This document shows, piece by piece, positions 12,687-23,485 of a stretch of DNA of 64,000 nt. The number at the start of each line of letters is the position of its first letter. The first letter of the stretch is position 1. This DNA comes from Eremomyces bilateralis CBS 781.70. Its lineage: Eukaryota. The stretch is from assembly GCA_010015585.1 (NCBI GenBank), contig ML975164.1. The stretch is one strand, 5' to 3'. The notes below the pieces were generated by a model. That model saw only the letters and a program-made list of their open reading frames with translations, was not told the DNA's origin and ran no database searches. The position numbers and the translations under genes are program-made.

Positions 12687-14364
12687 ATGTCGGACATTGA
12701 AAAGCAGAATGTCACTGGGGGCAAGGAATACCAGCCCAACTATGATCATCGTGGTTCCTCTAACTATGCAGATGGAACCGTTCCTGGCGAATCATTCGCT
12801 ATCGGCGAGACCTGGTATGCGAAACTCCAACGACTTGCCGGCAAGTATGGGGTTGAACAGCGAGGAATTGAACGTGTTCCTGAAGAGGAGCGCGTTGATG
12901 TTGGTTTCAAAAGTCTGTTGAACACCGGAACAATGGTAAATAGCAGTCCATTCTGTTCTGGTCAATGGCTGCTCACAACGAATCTAGTGGCTCTCAGCCA
13001 ACATGGTCGTATCTTCATTCGCACTGGGACTTCTCGGAAAATCGGTCTACAACCTTGGATTTGTTGACGCTGTCCTGGTCATCCTATTCTTCAACCTAAT
13101 CGGCATTCTACCCGTCTGCTACTACTCGACATTCGGCCCACGATTCGGCTTGCGACAAATGGTCCTCTCCCGGTTCTTCTTTGGCTGGCACGGTGTCAAG
13201 CTGGTTGGTGTGTTCAACACGCTTGCATGCGTCGGTTGGTCAGCCGTCAACTGCATTGTTGGGGCCCAGTTGATCTATGCGGTGAACAACGACGTACCTG
13301 GATTTGCGGGAATCATCATCATCTCTATCTGCACCTTAATTATCTGCCTGTTTGGATACAAGGTCGTCCATGTCTACGAGTTCTGGTCTTGGATCCCGAC
13401 TTTCATCGTCTTCCTCATTACCCTTGGAATCTTCGCCCACAGTGGAGATTTTGTAAACATGCCCATGGGTACCGGGAAGGTCGAAATGGGTTCTATCTTC
13501 GGATTTGGTGCAACCATCTTTGGCTTCGCAACTGGATGGTCTACTTATGCTGCCGACTACACTGTCTACATGCCTTCCAGCACCTCTCGCGTCAAGGTGT
13601 TCTTCGCTACTTTCACCGGCCTCATTATCCCCCTCCTATTCACCGAAATACTCGCCGCTGCCGTTATGACTGCCACAAGCATCAACGGTGGTGATAACAT
13701 CTACATGGAGGGCTATGAATCGTCCGGAGCTGGCGGCCTCCTTGCTGCTGTACTCTTCCCCAAACTCGGAGGATTCGGTCGATTCTGCCTAATCCTCATG
13801 GCGCTCTCCATCGTCGCAAACAACTGTCCAAACGTTTACTCTGTTGCTCTTACTATGCAAATCTTTGGGCGCTGGACTCAACGCATCCCTCGATTCGTCT
13901 GGACCATCATTGGTACTTGCGTCTACGTTGCGATTGCTATTGCCGGCTACTCGCACTTCGAGGAGGCTCTGGATCATTTCTTGGTCTTCATTGGTGAGTT
14001 ACTTAGGATATCTATCTGTTTATATATAATACTGACCTGCACCACAGGCTACTGGCTTGCAATCTACACGGGTATTGTCCTGACCGACCACTTCGTCTTC
14101 AAGCGCGGATTCAGTGGTTATCGACCCGAATATTACGATCAACCCTCCAAACTCCCTCACGGAATCGCTGCCGTGGTTGCCTTCTGCTTCGGCATCGTCG
14201 GTATGGTTGTTGGTATGAGCCAAGTTTGGTTCGTTGGGCCGATTGCCCTCCATGCTGGCGAAGCACCAATTGGGGGTGACGTTGGATTTGAGCTAGCATT
14301 TGCGTTTGCTGCTGTCAGCTATCTTGGGCTTAGGACATTAGAGCTGAAGTACTTCGGCAGATGA
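12687..14364 (+). CDS. fcyB: Purine-cytosine permease (NCS1 family, FcyB/Fcy2-like); introns 12936-12987 and 13994-14047
   Basis: GVEQRGIERVPEEER, WLSAN after splicing, GPRFGLRQMVLSRF, AADYTVY, about 12 TM segments, ELKYFGR end. Confidence 0.88.
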
Positions 14365-15873
14365 GCGGAACTCTTTTTCCTAAACCTCTTGCCGCCACCC
14401 TATATCGGGCTGACTACGAAACTGATGATACCCCTATTTGCTTCTTCCATGTAATGCTAGATTAATCACTGCCATAAGCAACGAAATGGCAAGAAATTTC
14501 CCCCTTCTGAACCACGAGCTTCGTGGTGTCATCTTATTAGCGGCGAGAAATGTGCAAGCTCCTAGTGGTGTTTGTCTCCAGCAATTATGCCTCATCATAA
14601 TCTCCCGACTCTTTTCAAATCGACGCTCCGACCCCGCAGATTTCAGAATTTTTAATTTCATAAACCAAGTCTAGAGTATGTTTTTCCAGCAGAGCTCATA
14701 GTTGTTGCCTTTTTGGGTTTGTCACTGAATTTCCAAGTCGAATAGAATAACATCTATCAGAATCAATACAAAGACATACAAATACTGTGGTTTTCTTTCA
14801 GTCTCTGAGTCTATCAGCTTGCAATATGAACGTATAGGAAAGAGGACAACGAATCAATGCGATACTGCACAGGTATATAACGGAGCTCAAAAAACATTCG
14901 ATCATGGCTTCCGCAACGCTGCGATGGATGTGTAGCAGGAGAACTTGCCTCGCGATCTCAACGTCGAAGTATTAATAATATATATGATAGTAGCATGCCT
15001 TCTATATACATCTCCATGAGCACGAACATAGGCCTTAAGGAATACAAAAGGCAGAGTACCTACCTTCAAAGATCTTAGCACCTAGCACACACCAAACACA
15101 GAATGAACCCTCATACCCGTCTGGATCACAATGAGGCCAGACCCAGATCAAGGGGCCCAGAAACACATCGTTGAAGTATAGGCCGTAAACCGGCAACGGA
15201 AGAGCTGCATACTTGAACCACAGGGTTCAAGGACAACTGTCAGCAATGAAGACGGCCCCAAACCATGATATGACCTTGGATACTTGCGATGCACAACCAT
15301 GTGGCCTGTCACTTCTCTTGATCCGCAGAGCCAAACCAATCCTCTCTCCTTCCGGACGAAGAGTCCTTGGGATGATAGGATCGGCCAACTCTTCGTCGGA
15401 GCGAACCTGATCAGGTCCTGATGACCAAAGACGGATACATGCGCGTGCGTACCGCGGGAGATCGTTCCGAGAACATGGGCATGTTCAAGTATCCAGTGTG
15501 AGTAGAGCCGGACGACCTACCGAAGAAGGCCTTAGAGGACATAGTCAGGGGTTGGAGCACTACGTGCGACACTCCCTAGTGCCCCACCATGGGAATACTC
15601 GAGAAGCGGAAGGTGAAACGAGAAGGGGGCAAATCCAAGTTGGAGAAGGACGAATAAGGGTATAAAGGGACGCGTGTAAAATTATGGAATGTACCATTCC
15701 CGTAGACATCTAACTAAAACTCAAAACGTCCTTGACTAATTGCGATAAACTGCGCAAGGGTGATGGCAGATACTGATCACACTGATCAATCATTGATCAC
15801 ACTCTACTGCTCAAGCTGATGAAAGGGGGCGCGAAGTTGCAGTCGCAGTTATCTCAGCAAGCTCAGACGGTAT

Positions 15874-18656
15874 CAGGCTGGCTAATCGAGGCGTCGCGAG
15901 GCGTCGCGAGGGATGACTAAGCGCCTCGCCTCGCCTCGCCTCGATTGCATACTAAACCGCCTCGCGACGCCTGCTGGAACCATGGTTGAGCGTACCAAAA
16001 GATGAAATTCCGTAATCCTGTATGCCATACAGAGGTCGATATCACGGTGAGGAGGATGGTAAAGACGGTGGTGGTGAAGATCGCATACTATATTCTCCTA
16101 GCTAGACTCCTCCTCCTCGTCGTCGTCATTATCCACCGCTAGATTCGCCTGTGAGAAGACGATCTTCTCGAGATCAAGATCACTAATAATACCATTTCTA
16201 AACCAATGCTGTAGACACACCAACTTCCTCAACGTCTTCGCGTTCATACGGGCTCTCTCTGTGTCCAGGAGTCGCCCACAGGAGGACCATATCCGCTCCA
16301 TATCCGCGGCGGATGCTGGAGTGGCAAAAAGGTCCATAGCGATCCTATAGAGAGCTGGAAATCGCGTACGATTAGCAACCCACCATTCCATAGGGGCCTT
16401 CATCTTCTCCTGAGGCTCGTTGAGATATTCAGAAACCTCATCCACGGAGGAGATTTCCTGTGGTTCAAATCCAGGCCCCCAAGAACCTAAGAAGTCCTGG
16501 TAGGCGCTCCGCACGGTATGATCCGTTGACGAAGAGCTCTCTGGGACGGATATATCTTGCCGTAACGTGGCGACAGACTCACGTAATTTAGTAATGACTT
16601 GAGCCGTGCTAGGGTTTTTCGGTTCCTTGAGATCGAAGAACCTTTTCTTATATCGTGGATGAAGCAATACCGCGAGCATATACGCAGGAGTCTGCGGGTC
16701 CCTCATTTTAAGTTGGTATTTCATCGCCTTAGAGAGGGCTCTCTGTAGAGGCGATGCGAGCTCCTGGAGAACCGGTCGCCTCGGTATCTCCGCGATCAAA
16801 GAGACTAAATCTTTCACGATCAAGTGGATAACGAGGTAAGATTCGAAAAGAGCTCCTTCAGCACCATCCTCAGCGTTACTTTCTAGGATTTTGGAGCGAA
16901 TAAGGAAGGGGTGGTAAATCGCTTGGAGCTCTTCTAGAACAGCCCAATCAGCCCCTGTAAGCCCCTGGAGAGAGGCGTGTCTTGCGCAGTACTGATCAAT
17001 TGTAGCGCGTAAACGGAGAGCACGACTAATCGAGTCGTATCTTGTATTCCACCGTGTCTGGTTTTCACGGATAATACGGAGAGGCTGATCGCGACGTCGC
17101 TGAGATTGATCGACCATACCCTCTAAAATAGTGGTTTGGATCGTCAAGAACTCTTGCTCACGTTTCGAGCTACTTTTGATATGGGTAATGATAGACTTGA
17201 GGCGTTCAACGGAGACCACATCGACATTCGTTGGAAGCGTAGGACTTCGAAGATTCTGTCCTGGATGGCCAGGAATGCCACTGTCCTGCGTACATTGAAG
17301 GCCATCTGACTCGTCGTTGTCCGTGCCAGCCAAATGGTCGGTAGATAGCTGTTTGCATATCAAATTAACGATATGACAGGCGCATCGTAACCGTTTTCCA
17401 GAGACCGGGATATTGGTAATATTTCCAAGCTCTTCTACCGCCGTGGTGTTATTATCTGCGTTATCAGACATCAAGTAAGCGATCCTTTCCTTGATCTTAT
17501 ACGCCTGTACGGTGTTTTTCATGATCCGTGATAGATTTCGCCCTGTATGAGCTCCTTGAACCTCTTCCACAGTGAGGAGGGTATTCCGTTGGCGTGGTGT
17601 TTCACCGCCGGAGATGAAATGGGCCTCGATACCAAAGAAGGGTATATCGGTCGCAGACGTCCAGATGTCATACGACAACGAAATCTTGCTGGATGCACGC
17701 GAAAGTGTATGGGACACAAGAACAAGGCATTCTTCGTATACCTTGGCCACCCTATTGTATACGGATTGGTGGTTCTTTACTCTGAGCTGTGGATCTCCAC
17801 CGCTCAAAGATTCCATCAATCCGTTGTGTGCCACAGAAGAGGCCTGGCGAAATGGTATACCGTCGAGGATCACCCATTTTAAATACGCCGCATTGACATT
17901 CAAGAGCCCATTCCGGAGAGGCAGAGAATGGTGATGGAGAGCCCACGATTCACGAGATCCAGGAGGGATTACCTGTGATCCACGGCTCAAGAAAGAGTGA
18001 TCTCTTATAAGATGGTCTCGTGCAGACGACGTCGCGCCGACCCTATAGAGCTTTAAATCGAGGTTGGATCGAGCCCTTCGCCAACAGATATAGCAGACCC
18101 AATATGGAATATCTTCCTCCTCGTCTACTCTGCGAGCGACGAATCCCCAGTCCCATACAACGCTTCGCTTTCGCGGGCTAGATAAGCGATGATACTCTTT
18201 CACGAGGGAGAGACCGTATTCACGGAGAAACTCTGGATCAGGCGTGAAATCTCCTATTCCGCCGGGGTCAGGAGCATACTCAGAAAAAGAGGAGGAAAAC
18301 GATGGTAGAGACGACTGTAAAGACGACATATTGATATCGATTCTATACGTTGAGAGTAATCTTGATATTATACATATATTGGCTTTGGATTTGACCAAAA
18401 CCTCCTCAATATTCATGACTCCAGCTGGAATGTTTAATGAGCTCACCAAATCCCATAGAATCTGGGTCACATCCAGAAGATACGGACTGAGATGATGAAA
18501 GATTGGTAGAATAGGACCAAATGGGTCTAGCGAGACCTTTCCAACCCGCTTATTAATTATCCGAAGATATACCGACTGCCTCGCGACGGGTTGATCGAGG
18601 AACGAGGCGAGGCGAGGCGAGGGCCTCGCGACGCCTCGCCTCGATTAGCCAGCCTG
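15874..18656 (-). mobile_element. Full-length autonomous hAT DNA transposon (2783 bp)
   Basis: Perfect 20-bp TIR CAGGCTGGCTAATCGAGGCG at both ends; 8-bp TSD GACGGTAT at 15866-15873 and 18657-18664; subterminal GAGGC/CCTCG repeats. Confidence 0.96.
16098..18470 (-). CDS. hAT-family transposase (BED finger, DDE core, C-terminal dimerisation domain); true ATG probably a little downstream of the ORF start
   Basis: VVWDWG...CYIC...DHLIRDH; SYDIWTS; SDNADNN; RCACHIVNL; TRWNT; LLHPRYK; WW...RFPALYRIAMDLFATPASAADMERIWS; uninterrupted ORF. Confidence 0.93.
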   Translation of the reverse strand: MTQILWDLVSSLNIPAGVMNIEEVLVKSKANICIISRLLSTYRIDINMSSLQSSLPSFSSSFSEYAPDPGGIGDFTPDPEFLREYGLSLVKEYHRLSSPRKRSVVWDWGFVARRVDEEEDIPYWVCYICWRRARSNLDLKLYRVGATSSARDHLIRDHSFLSRGSQVIPPGSRESWALHHHSLPLRNGLLNVNAAYLKWVILDGIPFRQASSVAHNGLMESLSGGDPQLRVKNHQSVYNRVAKVYEECLVLVSHTLSRASSKISLSYDIWTSATDIPFFGIEAHFISGGETPRQRNTLLTVEEVQGAHTGRNLSRIMKNTVQAYKIKERIAYLMSDNADNNTTAVEELGNITNIPVSGKRLRCACHIVNLICKQLSTDHLAGTDNDESDGLQCTQDSGIPGHPGQNLRSPTLPTNVDVVSVERLKSIITHIKSSSKREQEFLTIQTTILEGMVDQSQRRRDQPLRIIRENQTRWNTRYDSISRALRLRATIDQYCARHASLQGLTGADWAVLEELQAIYHPFLIRSKILESNAEDGAEGALFESYLVIHLIVKDLVSLIAEIPRRPVLQELASPLQRALSKAMKYQLKMRDPQTPAYMLAVLLHPRYKKRFFDLKEPKNPSTAQVITKLRESVATLRQDISVPESSSSTDHTVRSAYQDFLGSWGPGFEPQEISSVDEVSEYLNEPQEKMKAPMEWWVANRTRFPALYRIAMDLFATPASAADMERIWSSCGRLLDTERARMNAKTLRKLVCLQHWFRNGIISDLDLEKIVFSQANLAVDNDDDEEEESS

Positions 18657-19550
18657 GACGGTATCTTCAGACGCTGCACGTGACTATAATGTGGCGGTGC
18701 AGGCAAAGCATCTTTAGATGCCGTCTGAGGTCTATTTGTAAGATTTGTGTGGACGCGTAGCTGAAGTTTACAGAGTTCCCAGCCGTTTCAGTCAACTATT
18801 TTAACTTTCAGTACTCAAAAGTTTACGCGAGGCTAGGTAAAGGGTAAAAGAACCCACTCTTTTATAGTATATTAAAAAATATATCGAAATAAGCCTACAA
18901 TAAAGGATTAGCATCGGCGGTTTCGAAGGGCACGCGTAGTTGAACTTTTGGGGGCGGCCCCGGTCGCTAATTTTGGTGGAGTTTAGTGTACCGTAGGGGC
19001 CAAATCCGCTCTTTTCACCTATGCGCCCACCAAAATGCTTGCAAAAGGCCCTCAGACGGCATCTGAAAGATGCCTGCACCGCCACAACCATCTTGCAGAT
19101 CCCGTCTGAGTCCCAACTGAGATAAAGTCGCAGTTGCACTTGCATTGCACATGCATGCAGTTGATATCCCCCAGGCAACAAGGCCAACAAGCGTCACCAT
19201 CCCCGTGCCCACCAGCGTAACTGAACCTCAAGCTCCATCTTCTCAGATGCTACGAAACTCACTAACACAACCCTCATTCTCTTAACTATACAAAAGTATA
19301 ATTAGGCTACTGGATAATAATTGCAATCTACTAGAATTCTAGAAAAATGTCATAATGAGGCTCAGTACAAGAGCTCGGATGCACGTACCTCCAACTTTCG
19401 AGGCTTAGAGCAGCGATACCGCCAGGCAGCAGCCTTCCGAAATCACATCATTCTATGGCATATAAACCCCGAATCCTATCTTGATCAAAATCCGATCATC
19501 TAAATCTATGACCTCCATCTAACCATCCTCATGCGCCTCCCCTCCCCAAA

Positions 19551-20627
19551 ATGCCCCACAACCCCGGCCCCAGCCTTCTCCCTCTCTCCTCCACAACCTT
19601 CTCTCCCCCCAGCCCCCCGTCCACCACCCGCACCTTCTCCCTATCCGAGCACATCACCCCCGCCATATCCAAACCCCTAGTCGCGCAATTCCCCTCCCAG
19701 CACCTCACTATCGGATGCGGCGCGGCGATCTTCCACGTTGCCTCGGGTCGCGTCGTGGTGTGCTACCATGAGCGGGATAAGTATTGGTTCCTGCCGAAGG
19801 GGCGGCGGGACGCGGGGGAGGAGAGTGGGCAGGCAGCGGAGCGGGAGGGGTATGAGGAGGTGAGTAGTTAGATGCACAGTTACACCCTCTGATTGTTCTT
19901 GCTTTCCTGGCATGATGGGGCAGGTCGGTCGCTAGAACCGCGGCTTTCGATCTGAAAGAATCGGATGTATAAGGAGCACGGGATGACTGACAGCGTGCTG
20001 CACTCCACCTTACTAACTAGATCACAACACCAGTCCGGCTACCCCAACCGGCTCCTCCCCCTTCCCATGGTCCACCGCCAACCCTACCCCGACGCGATCC
20101 ACACGCAAAAAGCCCGAGGCACCCTCCCCCTCGCCTCGCTCTGCGTCACCGAGCCCGCTTGGACGCAGATGCTCCCCAATTCTTCGCGCTCGCTGTACCT
20201 GCTCTTCTGGTACATCTGCGAGACGCTCCCTCCGCCATCCGCGTCCGAACTTCCCGCCTCAACCTCCGACATAGCTGCGGAAGGTACTGGTCCGTCGACA
20301 GCAACAGAAATCGACGGCGACCCACCATCCGCCTCCAGACCCCTCTACACGCCCCCAACCCCCTACCCCCCCACGCTCACCCTCCCCGCGCGTCTCGCGC
20401 TCGAGCCGCCCGGGTTCGAGCCGACCAAGCACGCGAACACAGGGGTCAACGAGGAGGAATCGTGGTACCGGAGCTATTTGCTGCCGATTGAGGAGGCGGT
20501 GGGGCGTTTGGAGGGGACGGTGATGGCAGATGTGGTGGTGAGGGGGTGGAGGGGGATTGTGGAGCGGGGGAGGGGGGAAGGGGTTGAATGGGGACGAGAT
20601 GGGAGCGGGTGGGGGACTGTCGGGTAG
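19551..20627 (+). CDS. NUDIX hydrolase family protein; intron 19860-20033
   Basis: Nudix box WFLPKGRRDAGEESGQAAEREGYEE|SGY split by a GTGAGT...TACTAAC...CAG intron. Confidence 0.85.
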
Positions 20628-21099
20628 GGCTGCTTGAACAAAGCATTGTCGCTTTATTCCACGGGTATTGGGTACGTTTTCCTGCGATTCTGACCTGAGA
20701 CAGGATTTTCGGATGGGCGATAGCTGTCAAGAGCTGATGATGCCCATGCATCCTCTTGTCCGGTGAAAGATTTCGGGATGAATATGCATATAATGTATGG
20801 CCGAGGGGGTTGATTATTCTCTGGTCGATTGCATTGATGGAGTGTCTCTCTGCTATGCATCTCAATCCCATTTAGAATTGAACATTTGCTGAAGGGAACT
20901 ACCATATAGTTGACCTAACTCCAAATGAAAAGTGAACTGAGGGGAACCATGTCATGAAAGTATTGTCAATAGAAAGGCTGACAGTGTGTCTTTGTCTCAG
21001 TGGTCAGAGATTCAGACTGAGGGCTTAGGCTCATTATTTGGATGCTGGAGAAAGTCAGGGGCTTAGGATGGAGGGAAACCGTCGTGAATAGACATCGGC

Positions 21100-21357
21100 C
21101 TATCGAGTGATAAGCTGAACAGCTAGCTTCCATTTCCTACTAAATTTCCTGGTCGTTTCGCGCTTCGTAGGCCTGAAGCCGCCCTGGTTGAGTTGCCGAC
21201 GGACTTCATCTAACTGGCCCTGTTGGTGGGTAAGGCTCTGCCGATGAATCAGTCGATCGGCCGCTGCGGCTTCGCGCAGTTTCTCGACCTCAGCATGACT
21301 CTCCTTGAGGGCGGCGAACAAATCCTCCCTAGCATCTAGTAGACCCTGAAGCTGCAT
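21100..21357 (-). CDS. Short coiled-coil ORF, possibly the last exon or remnant of a hypothetical gene
   Basis: 85-aa ORF with heptad-like character; no family recognised and no upstream exon confirmed. Confidence 0.25.
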   Translation of the reverse strand: MQLQGLLDAREDLFAALKESHAEVEKLREAAAADRLIHRQSLTHQQGQLDEVRRQLNQGGFRPTKRETTRKFSRKWKLAVQLITR

Positions 21358-22358
21358 GTCCTCGACCTCAGCGACATGGTAGTTCTTCAGGTAGGGAGCG
21401 ATCCAGGCAGTTGGTCTTATCCCGGCAGAGGATTCTCGAGTGGGTTATATCCCGAGTCGGTCTCAAGGACGTCCTCACTAGGCCCGTGAGATTTGGATAG
21501 AACTTGAAGTAAAACCAAGGGCAGGTACTATCCTGCTGGTGTGGGACGCACACGTGGCACTGGGGAGCTGGGTGTATGAGTGTGGGTTGGAATTTGGGGG
21601 GAGGCGTTCGTGGGGTAGTTGTGGAGGTGTCGGACGGTGGACCAGTAGCACATAGTTGGCACGCCTACTGCCCTGTTCGGATGGACCTGTTATATGCTTA
21701 ATGCATAAAGTAAGAAGTGTAAAAGATTGTTTGTCCTATCCAAAATGCTATGTACAGAGAGCATCGTCATAGGGATAGGATGGGGATCACCTGACCCTTA
21801 GTATTATCGCCTGAGGCACCAACCATTCGGTGGTGCATGTGATAATTATGTGCCCGCAACAGGATCCTCCACCACGATCTGATGCCGCAACTAAAGGCAA
21901 AATGAAGGATATTTGAATGTTTGATAACATGACAATTGGCACATCAAGTAATTCTTTCCCATGAATGCCGTATCCATCACGACTTATTTGATTATTTCTC
22001 GTGCTTATATCAGATCGAAAGAATCCGGGTATATCGGCATCAGTACCAATTATCTTCTGTGAGATAAATAGCGGTTTCGCTCAATCAGGTGATTAATACA
22101 GCGACACGGTGGGAAAACCTCGTTAAATTCCAAAAGAGCGTAGATAGATTGAACTTGATCCTGAAGAGCCGGATCCTCCGAAAACAGGCTGTTCCTGCAG
22201 CTATTTTATATGGTTTACAATGGTGATCTATTCCCTAAAAAGGGAAAGAATAGGCGTATAGAATCGAATACGGAATGAAGCCTTGGGGAAAACCCAAGAA
22301 ACACAGATATTCTGTGGCATCTTCCCCCTCTATTAGCATCTATCGATTATCTCGTCAC

Positions 22359-23287
22359 ATCAGATAATTTCTCCGCAATCGCCAACCATCCGATAATCAG
22401 ATTTCCGGAGCAGTGGACATTCTTAGCGAATCATCGCGATTGTTCATTGTGTTATCCTGCAGTAGCCGAATCTCGGATCCGCCGCCACCAATGTCCCTGG
22501 GATGCTGGACTCCTGCTAATACCAAAGCAAATAAGCGACCATCCCCGTTCTAGTGATCCAACCATCACGAGACATCACATCATCATCACCACCCGTCCAC
22601 TGAACGGCGTTACCATCGAGGCCGGAAAAGGCACAGGATGCTGGGAATCCACCGAGTCCGTTGGGGAGTACCGAGGGGAGATAGAACTGGACTTGGGTGG
22701 ATTGGTGACAATCATCTGCAAGGAGCACGCGATTGGCATTAATACTACACCATTGACAATTGACAAATCCACCCACGGGAAGAAGCATCGCGAGGCTATA
22801 CGGCTGGAGGGAGAGGTTGTAGCCGAGCCACCTAGTTATTATATCTGACGCTGCTGATGACCACGGAGTTGGTGAAGGACTTTCACGGTTCACCACATCT
22901 CACAAGAAAATCCGCCGTCTATCACCGTCGACAGCCACTAGTTATCCGTTAATCCTTAAAGGCTGATCCACTACGGCTTCTCCTGTCCGATTCCCTCCAC
23001 TTTTCCTTTCTCCGATCGGCCCTCTTCTGCTCATCCACTCATTTAATTGATACCTCGATTCACCTTTCTGAACCTCCATCATTCGGCTATTCATTTTCCT
23101 TCATCATCGTACAATCCGCCCTTTTGAATATTCGCGCAGAAGCATCCGATCCAATTCACACAATTGATGATCTAGACCAGTGTCGATCGGCGAAGAAAGG
23201 CCAACAAGTGACGATCATTGCTAGATTGTTCAGGTTGTGTGACATCGAATCATCAAAATCATCGAGGTCTCAAGATCGATCTGATAA
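22359..23287 (+). promoter_or_regulatory. SreA/Sre1-type ATCWGATAA motifs upstream of the reductase gene
   Basis: ATCAGATAA 22359-22367, ATCCGATAA 22388-22396, ATCTGATAA 23279-23287, plus further GATAA cores. Confidence 0.45.
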
Positions 23288-23485
23288 AAAAAAAGATAAC
23301 AGGATCTGGTAACAATTTCCGCCACCACCACCACCCCATGTCATCACCAACATTTCATCCCACCTTCACCCATTATCAATCAAATGGCAATTCCTACAAC
23401 ACGCTTTAAGGCCTCTTCATTATTACCTAGATGCGCTGGGTCGCTAACGACATGTGTATTGCGTTCAACAGGAACTCCCACAACC

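Larger units (their letters stand above)
15849..19125. mobile_element. Older non-autonomous foldback/MITE-like element (about 490 bp once the hAT is removed), interrupted by the hAT
   Basis: Imperfect inverted arms of about 110 bp (TTATCTCAG...CTCAGACGG...TGTGGCGGTGCAGGCA...AGATGCCGTCTGAGG versus its complement at about 19020-19125); flanking direct repeat AGTCGCAG at 15841-15848 and 19126-19133. Confidence 0.7.

Noticed and set aside
15880..15970. CRISPR-like short repeats
   Set aside because: Eukaryotic context and no spacers; explained as hAT subterminal repeats.
22447..22896. Overlapping ORFs of 126-133 aa upstream of the reductase
   Set aside because: Non-ATG starts, no motif or codon bias; more likely promoter or UTR.
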